This document shows positions 1 to 7,147 of a stretch of DNA of 64,000 bases, piece after piece. The position numbers and the translations under genes are program-made. A model generated the notes under the pieces. The model worked only from the letters and a program-made list of their open reading frames with translations. It was not told the DNA's origin and made no database searches. This DNA comes from a virus, in the IMG/VR virus record IMGVR_UViG_3300025030_001854, positions 64,001-128,000 of that record. The stretch is one strand, 5' to 3'. The number at the start of each line of letters is the position of its first letter. Positions within the stretch are counted from its first letter, which is position 1.

Positions 1-942
1 TGGAATCTTAGAGCCCTTGTCCTCTATAGAACGAAACATTGCCGCCTCAAGCTCTGGCTCAAGGTTTGGTGCGTATTTCGCAGCAGTAATAAAACGATAA
101 GGAAGAACCCTATCTGTCTTCATACTTGCCAACGCACTTCGAACTAAGTCTTCGGAAACACCTGTTTCCTTAAAGTTACGAAGATTTCTCAAAAGAGCCA
201 ATCCTCCCAACTTATTTTCGGCCAAAAGACGCTCCCAAGCTTCTTTCTTATTCTCTCCTTGAGAAGCAGAAAGTGAAACCTCCCACGTATCAGGTGTAGC
301 CAACTTAGCTTCCACAAACTCGTGTTTCTTTTTACTGTGTTCCTTATTTGAATACCAACAGGTAGAACAAAAACCACCAATTAACTTCTTCCAAAGCTTT
401 TCTTGGTCTTTATCCTTGGGTTTGGCATGACAAAGAAATAGAACGTCTCTCAAAGAGATAGCTGCCTCACGATTATATTTCGCGAGTTGATACTCATTAA
501 ATTTTGTAAAAGCTGCCGCTAGACCCTTTTTAACTTGAGCAGACAAGGGTTGCTTTCCACCCTTCCAATAAATTGACAAAAATTCAGACAATTCATCTGG
601 ACGTTGAATAATACTAGCCAATACATCACCGACATATTGGCGATGAGTCTTTAACGGAGCCATAGCTCGGGCAATTAAAAGGGGAACGTGACGAAGCTTT
701 CCCTTTGTTCTTACTTCTTTAGCTAATTCAGCAACCTTGTTAGGTTTAACCTTCTCAACTAAGGAGCAAATTCTCTTCGCAATCTCTTCTCCTGACTCAT
801 AGAATGAATCTTCCCACAACATTGTTGACAAGACAGACCGACGCAAAGACAACTCTGCCGAGGTTCTTGACGCAGGAGCGCCCTCATGGGTAACTAACGG
901 GGTAACGGAAACGGTTGATACTGGAGCCTTATTTAACTTCAT
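1..942 (-). CDS. TROVE-domain (Ro60/Rsr-like) RNA-binding protein, 3' end runs off the window
   Basis: Not in the ORF track. Manual translation from ATG at 942: MKLNKAPVSTVSVTPLVTHEGAPA...LRRSVLSTMLWEDSFYESG...LRHVPLL...IQRPDELSEF...FNEYQLAKYNR...LRDVLFLCHAKPK...LATPDTWEVSLS...ALLRNLRN...VLPYRF, which matches bacterial TROVE motifs. Open to position 1. Confidence 0.9.
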   Translation of the reverse strand, partial: MKLNKAPVSTVSVTPLVTHEGAPASRTSAELSLRRSVLSTMLWEDSFYESGEEIAKRICSLVEKVKPNKVAELAKEVRTKGKLRHVPLLIARAMAPLKTHRQYVGDVLASIIQRPDELSEFLSIYWKGGKQPLSAQVKKGLAAAFTKFNEYQLAKYNREAAISLRDVLFLCHAKPKDKDQEKLWKKLIGGFCSTCWYSNKEHSKKKHEFVEAKLATPDTWEVSLSASQGENKKEAWERLLAENKLGGLALLRNLRNFKETGVSEDLVRSALASMKTDRVLPYRFITAAKYAPNLEPELEAAMFRSIEDKGSKIP

Positions 943-1031
943 ATTTTTACTTTCTAATGAGAAATTTTATATTGACATTCCAATGTCAGATACAAATACT
1001 ACATTTAGGGGGATTATCCACCCATGAATCT

Positions 1032-1060
1032 ATTCTAGGGAACAGTTGTTGATTTGTCAA
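1032..1060 (-). promoter_or_regulatory. sigma70-type promoter for the TROVE gene
   Basis: Minus strand TTGACA-17 nt-TAGAAT, about 90 nt upstream of the ATG at 942. Confidence 0.75.
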
Positions 1061-1066
1061 ATCTTT

Positions 1067-1369
1067 TTAGAACTCTTCTTGATTTTTAACTACCTGCAAA
1101 TGTCCGCTTGTAGTAGAAGAAATCCACCTAGACAAAAGTTCCATTAAAAATTGATAATCTTGATTTATCATATTTTTGTCTTTAGGGGCCGTTTGCATTC
1201 CTATATATTGCCCCTTTTTCTCGTGACTATTTAAAACAACACGAACAAATGACGAAACATTATATCGTTCACAAATTTTAAATAAATTATTAACCGCCTC
1301 ATGTATTTCAGCATCCCTATCCGTTAATTGATTAACGTCAACTTCTATACCTGATTCTGTATTTTTCAT
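1067..1369 (-). CDS. hypothetical protein
   Basis: 100-aa ORF overlapping the upstream gene by 4 nt. Confidence 0.6.
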   Translation of the reverse strand: MKNTESGIEVDVNQLTDRDAEIHEAVNNLFKICERYNVSSFVRVVLNSHEKKGQYIGMQTAPKDKNMINQDYQFLMELLSRWISSTTSGHLQVVKNQEEF

Positions 1370-2160
1370 ATTTTTTTAATTATTAAATTTCCATCTGTAA
1401 TCACAGCATAGTGTTGTAAAAATGTATCTAATGCTATGTTAACACCCGTATTAGGACGATAAACATTAGATAGACAATCAGCAGAACTTATTCTATTTAT
1501 TAAAATATCTCCAGAAATTATTTTGGGGAAATCTTTACTTGGAGTATGACCAAATATTTGAGATAAGCCGGGAATAGGTTTAAACTCTTCATTAGCGCCA
1601 AGCCATAATAGTCCCCCAATTAAACCTCTTGGTGGATGACATCGTTCGTCGCCATATTGAAGAAACCAATGATTTCCTTCTTCGTGTTTTATTTCTTGAA
1701 GACACTTTTCTGATTCTTTTAATAAAAAATCTTTAATGTTAGAAGTAGTTACGCCTTTATCTTTCCACAAAGGAGGAAGAAATGTTTCATGAAGACCAGC
1801 ATGGGAAAGAAACCACCCATCAACAAACCAAAAAAATCTCCATTTATCCCAATGTTCTTGCTTTAGAACAGAAGCAACAGCTACCGACTTTTTTGGATTC
1901 CAACCATAAAAATGAGTGTGATATGACCGAGAGCAATAAGAAATATCGTGGTTTCCAAAGAGAAAAAGAAATTTATTAGAATTTTCTAATTTACTTTTAA
2001 TAAAGTAGGCTGTTAAAAGAGCCTCATTGCTTCCATCATTGAAAGAATCAAACAAATCTCCCAAAAAAATACACTTATCAAAAGGTTCCTCCCTGTCGAT
2101 AATGGCTTGGGCTTTATCTATTCTGTTATGGATATCGCTAATTACGATAATTTTCGGCAT
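1366..2160 (-). CDS. calcineurin-like metallophosphoesterase
   Basis: Motifs SDIH, LGDLFD, GNHD, SHAG, FGHT. Confidence 0.88.
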   Translation of the reverse strand: MPKIIVISDIHNRIDKAQAIIDREEPFDKCIFLGDLFDSFNDGSNEALLTAYFIKSKLENSNKFLFLFGNHDISYCSRSYHTHFYGWNPKKSVAVASVLKQEHWDKWRFFWFVDGWFLSHAGLHETFLPPLWKDKGVTTSNIKDFLLKESEKCLQEIKHEEGNHWFLQYGDERCHPPRGLIGGLLWLGANEEFKPIPGLSQIFGHTPSKDFPKIISGDILINRISSADCLSNVYRPNTGVNIALDTFLQHYAVITDGNLIIKKI

Positions 2161-2190
2161 CTCTCATTGTCTCATTTGATTGCTAGACGG

Positions 2191-2400
2191 TCAACTAATT
2201 TCTATTTGTTCTTTCGTATATGGATATTCGTCTAATTCGGGAAATTTAACTATATAATACCAACCAGTTGGTTTGAAGTCTATATTTGGAAAGTTTTCCT
2301 TCATTCGGTGAGAGTTCTCAATACGCAAGATAATTCCCTCTTGATTTTTGGGAATTACTATTTTGCCAATTCTAATAGAATTTTTAGCTATAGCTTTCAT
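2191..2400 (-). CDS. hypothetical protein
   Basis: ORF coupled to the upstream gene through an ATGA overlap; likely start MKAIAK at 2400. Confidence 0.5.
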   Translation of the reverse strand: MKAIAKNSIRIGKIVIPKNQEGIILRIENSHRMKENFPNIDFKPTGWYYIVKFPELDEYPYTKEQIEIS

Positions 2401-2891
2401 CGCCACCATTCTGGAATTTCCCGCTTAGTCCACTTCGCCAAATGACGTTTTGAAATACAATAATATCTTCTATAGTCATAAACAGCACTATCACTTAAAG
2501 GAATTTCTGATTTAAATGGACCAAAACATCTTGGCCAATCAGTTAATCCTCTATCTGGCAGTTCTGACAAAGGAATATTTGCTGAAATCCAATCTAAATA
2601 TCCTCTACATTTATGTTGATGGGTTTTAGAAAAACGATAAAAAAATTCATCGCACAAAGCATAAGCATGTTGTAACGTCCAATCAAAATTTTGTAAAGAA
2701 TCTCTGACCCAACAAGACATTGGATGATTAACGTGTCGGGATTTATGAACCCACGGCCAAGGATTAAACTTTCCTTCTGGGAAAGCAATGCCCATCATCT
2801 CAACAGATTCTAAGATAATCTTTCTTACGTGAGAATCGTTATTAAATCTAGCCGCTTGAACTGGATTTATGTCTAAAACAAAAAGATTCAT
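2397..2891 (-). CDS. pyrimidine-dimer DNA glycosylase (DenV/endonuclease V)-like family protein
   Basis: MNLFVLDINP..AA...DSHVRKIILE, HVNHPMSCWVRDS..NF.W...HA.ALC.EF..RF.K.H, YRRYY...K...AKWTKREIPEWW. Confidence 0.75.
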   Translation of the reverse strand: MNLFVLDINPVQAARFNNDSHVRKIILESVEMMGIAFPEGKFNPWPWVHKSRHVNHPMSCWVRDSLQNFDWTLQHAYALCDEFFYRFSKTHQHKCRGYLDWISANIPLSELPDRGLTDWPRCFGPFKSEIPLSDSAVYDYRRYYCISKRHLAKWTKREIPEWWR

Positions 2892-2892
2892 A

Positions 2893-3102
2893 TTATAATG
2901 AAGTCAATAACTCTATTTTACTACTAAAACAATCTTTTTGGGGAATGCTGTGCCAACGACCGCCCTCTTGAAATTTATAATGAATTTCTGATTCTCTAGG
3001 GGTAACTTCAATACTAATCATTATAGCTGGAAAATGTACAGGTTTATTATCAAACATAAACCATAATATTTCTCCGACTGCATATTTTGTTGTAATATTC
3101 AT
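2893..3102 (-). CDS. hypothetical phage protein
   Basis: MNITTKYAVGEILWFM...CFSSKIELL, a common small phage protein pattern. Confidence 0.55.
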   Translation of the reverse strand: MNITTKYAVGEILWFMFDNKPVHFPAIMISIEVTPRESEIHYKFQEGGRWHSIPQKDCFSSKIELLTSL

Positions 3103-3386
3103 ATAGCTACATACCAATTAGATGGACTTTTATTTGTGCCTTGAAGGGCTATTCCAGCAAAAGCGCATAAAACGCCCCATTCAGCGCAAGTATATTTTAA
3201 GTTTTTAAAACGAGATTGTATTTTCTTCATCGTCACTATTCCTCGTGTTCGAAATAAATACAAGCTTAAAGCATTGAGAACTGGAGAATATTTGTTGGGT
3301 GCCTCTATTTTTTTACGATAAGCGTCTTCTTTGTCGGTATCAATAAAAACTGCTCCTTTTTTAACATTATAATAACAATATTGCAT
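3099..3386 (-). CDS. hypothetical protein
   Basis: 95-aa ORF in a tightly packed operon. Confidence 0.5.
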   Translation of the reverse strand: MQYCYYNVKKGAVFIDTDKEDAYRKKIEAPNKYSPVLNALSLYLFRTRGIVTMKKIQSRFKNLKYTCAEWGVLCAFAGIALQGTNKSPSNWYVAI

Positions 3387-3390
3387 AATA

Positions 3391-3750
3391 TTAATTAATT
3401 AACTCATCGGGAGAATTATCTATAATCCCAGTATCTTTAATAACTCTTAAAGCTTTATCGTCTACGAAATGGGTAAATGATGGTTTTTTATCGGGAGTAA
3501 TATCTAATTCTGGAAGATTGTTTTCTTTTAACCATTGCCTAATTAAATAGTATTGATGTTCTACCCCTTCTTTTGTATGCCAATCGCCGAGACTTACTCT
3601 TGCAGTCCAAATAGTTACTTTATAACCACTTGCAAGCCAAAATCGTAACTTATTCATCATCTTCTCTATTGGACGACCAACTAAAGAAATATCACCAGAA
3701 TATTCGGCTAAAGTGTTATCTAAATCTAACGCAATATGTATTTTTTTCAT
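3391..3750 (-). CDS. capless HAD-superfamily phosphatase (PNKP-phosphatase-like)
   Basis: DLDNTL motif I, WTAR motif II, K and VDD motifs. Confidence 0.8.
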   Translation of the reverse strand: MKKIHIALDLDNTLAEYSGDISLVGRPIEKMMNKLRFWLASGYKVTIWTARVSLGDWHTKEGVEHQYYLIRQWLKENNLPELDITPDKKPSFTHFVDDKALRVIKDTGIIDNSPDELIN

Positions 3751-3753
3751 ATT

Positions 3754-3897
3754 TTATTGTAATTTTAATTCTTTTCCGCATCTAGAGCATCTATCGTTCC
3801 ATTTTTTACCCATCCATATCTGGTTATCTTTTCCAATAAAATGATATTCAGATAATAAAATGTGTCCAACCAAAAAACAAATTAATTTATTTAACAT
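3754..3897 (-). CDS. small Cys/His phage protein (DUF1660-like)
   Basis: Below the track cutoff. MLNKLICFLVGH...RCSRCGKELKLQ exactly fills the gap between neighbours. Confidence 0.6.
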   Translation of the reverse strand: MLNKLICFLVGHILLSEYHFIGKDNQIWMGKKWNDRCSRCGKELKLQ

Positions 3898-3899
3898 AA

Positions 3900-4460
3900 T
3901 TATCCTAATGGGGTTAATTTTTTAGCTACGAACATAACTATTTTATAAATGAATTCCATAACAAAGACTATTCCCAACGCGGTTCCTCTTATACAAAAGG
4001 AATAAGGTCTATATAGATATTTATACCAAAAAGTTTTCGTCTGTTTAATATTTTTTATGACAGCCGAGTGCATATATTTAATAGAAGTTTGATATTCTTT
4101 ATTTGAATGTCTTTCTTCCTTTTCTACGGAGGCTTCACTAAATACACCCTTAATAATTAAAACATTAAATACAATAAAAAAATTATCTCCATTCTCGTCT
4201 TTATTAACTAAATATCCGCCAACATAAACATTTCCAGATAGCAAATCTTGGACCTCTGTCTTAATTAAACCAGTTCCAGTTTCATCTAAATAAAGCTTAT
4301 TATCTAGAAAAGAATATTTCGCTCCGGTTTCTGGAAGTCCGATAACTTGCCACTGAAAAAGTTTCCAATCAACATCATTAGCGAGCTTTCTTACTTCATC
4401 TGAAAACGGTAAGTATTTTAGTGCTTCTGGCCAATTTAAAAAGCTAAACGAGTTGTCCAT
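3900..4460 (-). CDS. hypothetical protein with a C-terminal hydrophobic segment, downstream of the ECF sigma gene
   Basis: 186 aa, C-terminal GTALGIVFVMEFIYKIVMFV, overlaps the sigma gene. Confidence 0.6.
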   Translation of the reverse strand: MDNSFSFLNWPEALKYLPFSDEVRKLANDVDWKLFQWQVIGLPETGAKYSFLDNKLYLDETGTGLIKTEVQDLLSGNVYVGGYLVNKDENGDNFFIVFNVLIIKGVFSEASVEKEERHSNKEYQTSIKYMHSAVIKNIKQTKTFWYKYLYRPYSFCIRGTALGIVFVMEFIYKIVMFVAKKLTPLG

Positions 4461-5055
4461 AATTTTCTAATATTAATTTCTTTGCATTATTTCTAGCAAA
4501 ATGTAATCGACTCATAACTGTTCCAATGGGAATTTTAAGTTTTTCGCTTATTTCTCGATAAGATAATTCTTCTTCTAGGGCTAGTCTAATAATAGTAGAG
4601 TGTTCCGGTTTCAGTTTATTCAAAACAATATCTATAATTCCTCGGAGTTCTCTAAGGTCTTCTTTCTTAGAAAGAATCTTTTCTGCCGTTTCTTCTAAAA
4701 TAGCATCTGCCCCCAAAGAAATATATTCATAATCATTATTATGGTCTTCCTGTGAAAAATGAAGCGTTGAAACTTCATGATGTTGGATTTTATTTCGAGA
4801 TTTTATAAAGTTTAGGGCTTCATTTCTTATAATTACAAATAACCAAGTATTAAAAGAAGAGTCCTGACGAAAATTTTTAATTTTTCTCCAAACTTTCTCG
4901 GAGGCTATTTGGATAATATCATCAGCATCGGTAGATGGAATATTGTATTGGGAAAATAAACGTTGTTTAAAAAATGGAAGATGTATTGATAATAGTTTGG
5001 TAAACGATTCTTCACATCCATTTTGAGCTTTATTAATAAGTTCTTTTTCGTCCAT
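4444..5055 (-). CDS. ECF (sigma-70 group 4, RpoE-like) RNA polymerase sigma factor
   Basis: Region 2 DADDIIQ...F..DSSFNTWLFVIIRN; region 4 LSYREISEKLKIPIGTVMSRLHFAR. Confidence 0.9.
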   Translation of the reverse strand: MDEKELINKAQNGCEESFTKLLSIHLPFFKQRLFSQYNIPSTDADDIIQIASEKVWRKIKNFRQDSSFNTWLFVIIRNEALNFIKSRNKIQHHEVSTLHFSQEDHNNDYEYISLGADAILEETAEKILSKKEDLRELRGIIDIVLNKLKPEHSTIIRLALEEELSYREISEKLKIPIGTVMSRLHFARNNAKKLILENYGQLV

Positions 5056-5612
5056 TATCTATAGTCCTTTCTCAAGAGCCTCCATCTAGTGCTATCACAC
5101 ACGATTTCTCCATTATCAATTTTTTGTAACATAATAAGAATATCCTCTGGAGAATCATAAATATACTTGTGAGGAAAAGTTCCAAATAACCAAATGGGGC
5201 AGCACTTTTTTCCTCCTTCCACAGATAAGAAAATTGGTTTCTTCATGTAATTCGCCGTAAAAATTTCTTCGGCAGAGCCCCATGAAGCGACATCGGGGGT
5301 AATATGAGCAAAAATAAAATCAGACCTATCAACCAAATTAAGGTCAAATATTCGTGTTTCTTTCATTGCTATAGAAAGCGTATCGAAATCTCCAGTTTCT
5401 CTTAGGTGGGAATTTTTTTTAATGGTTTCCTCTCCCTCTTTAATATCTTTTAAGAAAGGTTTATCGTATGGATTAAAAACAATAATCCCCATTGCTTGTA
5501 ATGCTGGGGTAACTCGCTTTCTCCATTGGGCTCCCATTGCTGGATTAGCCTCCATATTTCCAACTAGATATGTTCTAGTTCTCCATAGGAGATTCGGATT
5601 TTGTTTTATCAT
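5055..5612 (-). CDS. nucleoside 2-deoxyribosyltransferase-like protein
   Basis: YLVG.M, WR, FNPY, DL..VDRSD, SWGSAEE, KPI motifs. Confidence 0.7.
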   Translation of the reverse strand: MIKQNPNLLWRTRTYLVGNMEANPAMGAQWRKRVTPALQAMGIIVFNPYDKPFLKDIKEGEETIKKNSHLRETGDFDTLSIAMKETRIFDLNLVDRSDFIFAHITPDVASWGSAEEIFTANYMKKPIFLSVEGGKKCCPIWLFGTFPHKYIYDSPEDILIMLQKIDNGEIVCDSTRWRLLRKDYR

Positions 5613-5624
5613 TCATTAATGATA

Positions 5625-5939
5625 CTAATGATTTGTAGAAACGTCAAGAGGTTTATCGTCCTGAATAAAAACATAATCTTTCCAAGCAGAATTATTTTGA
5701 TTTAAACAGGTAATAATTCGAGAAATAGTATCACAAGATTCTATTCCAAAAAAACTATCCTCAGTCAAATTTTCTCTCCAAATGAGCTTATTATAATAAT
5801 AAATAGATAATAAATCATTCTCTATTACAAGAAGAATCTTATCTATTTTAATTTCTGAACTGGAAATTTCTGCTTTTACAGCAATATTAAGAACTTTTGA
5901 AATATAATGAAGTTCTCTGACCAAACCTGTTGTTATCAT
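5625..5939 (-). CDS. hypothetical protein
   Basis: 104-aa ORF in operon. Confidence 0.55.
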   Translation of the reverse strand: MITTGLVRELHYISKVLNIAVKAEISSSEIKIDKILLVIENDLLSIYYYNKLIWRENLTEDSFFGIESCDTISRIITCLNQNNSAWKDYVFIQDDKPLDVSTNH

Positions 5940-6124
5940 ACTAATAATTCTTTAAGAGCATTAAGAGATGTTAATATTTGACTTTCTCCAACAGTTTTTG
6001 TATCCTTGTGCAATTTGTGATATAATTGACACATTTCCCTATCTCTAGCCCTTTCCATAATAATAATCTGGTCTATTAGCTCTAAAGCTATTTTTAATTT
6101 AAGTTCAGGGGATAAATTTTCCAT
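5936..6124 (-). CDS. hypothetical protein
   Basis: Likely start MENLSPE at 6124. Confidence 0.5.
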   Translation of the reverse strand: MENLSPELKLKIALELIDQIIIMERARDREMCQLYHKLHKDTKTVGESQILTSLNALKELLV

Positions 6125-6125
6125 A

Positions 6126-6275
6126 TTATTTAACAACAAATTTTGTGAGGGATTCTTTTTCGAGGCGTTTTTTATATTCTAAAGCATCTTTACGCCCTTG
6201 AGACGTTCGGGGGAATGCTCCGTATATGAAACGTTTTTTTTGAGATAATACTAGGTAACAAGTCTTTTTTTTCAT
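6126..6275 (-). CDS. small basic hypothetical protein
   Basis: Below the track cutoff. MKKKTCYLVLSQKKRFIYGAFPRTSQGRKDALEYKKRLEKESLTKFVVK; its stop lies 1 nt before the next ATG. Confidence 0.5.
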   Translation of the reverse strand: MKKKTCYLVLSQKKRFIYGAFPRTSQGRKDALEYKKRLEKESLTKFVVK

Positions 6276-6519
6276 GATGAATAAGTTCTCTATATTTTTT
6301 TAAATAAACGTCCATCTCTAAATCTTCCCTATGGAGTTTTTTTAATAAAACAGACAATTGACTACGCAAAAAATCCGCGTCATCGTCTCTATATTCTTCA
6401 TCGGCTTGTGTTATTTCTAATATTTTTTTATTAATTTCCTTTTCTAAGAAATTAACGCTTTTTATTATTATTAGTGCTTCTATTAGAAGTTTTTCTTTAA
6501 GAGAAACTATATCTTCCAT
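6190..6519 (-). CDS. hypothetical helical protein
   Basis: 109-aa ORF immediately downstream of the tmRNA. Confidence 0.55.
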   Translation of the reverse strand: MEDIVSLKEKLLIEALIIIKSVNFLEKEINKKILEITQADEEYRDDDADFLRSQLSVLLKKLHREDLEMDVYLKKYRELIHHEKKDLLPSIISKKTFHIRSIPPNVSRA

Positions 6520-6559
6520 AGATTATTAGACTAATAAACATAAAAAATATTTCAATTGA

Positions 6560-6942
6560 TGGACTCGGATGGAGTTGAACCATCGTCTTTAAAAAAATTC
6601 TCATTTGATGCTACAAGTTTATTTAATTATTAGTTCTTACTAAATACATAATTAACAAGAATCTTTAGTAATATTTAAATGATTTTTCCGTTCACATTTA
6701 AAACTGAACGTTTTTCCTCGCTGTTTCGACATATAAGATAGCGAGAATCTCTTAGATATCGGTATGACCATTAGTTAGGCCATAACAGTTTCGCGTTCAA
6801 GCGTGATAACACGCATAGAGGCGAGCTTTTTCACTAATTTGCTTTTGGCAGTTAATGTTTTGTCCGTTTATTTAAGTGGCCAACGAACGTCCACTACTTG
6901 CATCTAGTAACAATTTTATTAAATCGAAACCAGTACGAGCCC
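6560..6942 (-). ncRNA. ssrA: tmRNA (SsrA), phage-encoded
   Basis: 5' GGGCTCGTACTGGTTTCGA pairs with 3' CGAGTCC-A, giving an acceptor stem with the G3:U alanine determinant. T-arm GATGG-TTCAACT-CCATC. Resume codon GCC after TAACT; tag frame 6849-6775 reads AKSKLVKKLASMRVITLERETVMA*. Length 383 nt. Confidence 0.92.
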
Positions 6943-6960
6943 AAATCAAAGAACTATCCT

Positions 6961-6989
6961 ATAATACACCCGCTTTAACTATCTGTCAA
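6961..6989 (-). promoter_or_regulatory. sigma70-type promoter for the tmRNA
   Basis: TTGACA-17 nt-TATTAT on the minus strand, 18 nt before the mature 5' end. Confidence 0.7.
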
Positions 6990-7143
6990 TGATTTTAGAT
7001 GCGATGTATTTATCCCCCAATAATTCCCTGCTCTTTTTTGCGGCCTCATCAAAGCATTTATTAACAAGATAATGGGTAAAGGTCAGTTGACCATCCCAGG
7101 GGATTATCTTCATCATAAATGGGAATTCTAACTGTTTATACAT
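6979..7143 (-). CDS. hypothetical protein
   Basis: Likely start MYKQLEFPF, 4 nt after the RNR stop. Confidence 0.45.
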   Translation of the reverse strand: MYKQLEFPFMMKIIPWDGQLTFTHYLVNKCFDEAAKKSRELLGDKYIASKIIDR

Positions 7144-7147
7144 ATTA

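Noticed and set aside
189-380. 63-aa minus-strand ORF in the track
   Set aside because: It is an alternative frame inside the TROVE gene (1-942).
943-1066. Y RNA next to the Ro60 gene
   Set aside because: No Ro-binding bulged stem or tRNA-like T-loop was recognisable in this short gap.
6560-6590. tRNA gene
   Set aside because: The T-arm and acceptor strand belong to the tmRNA; the matching 5' strand is 380 nt away.
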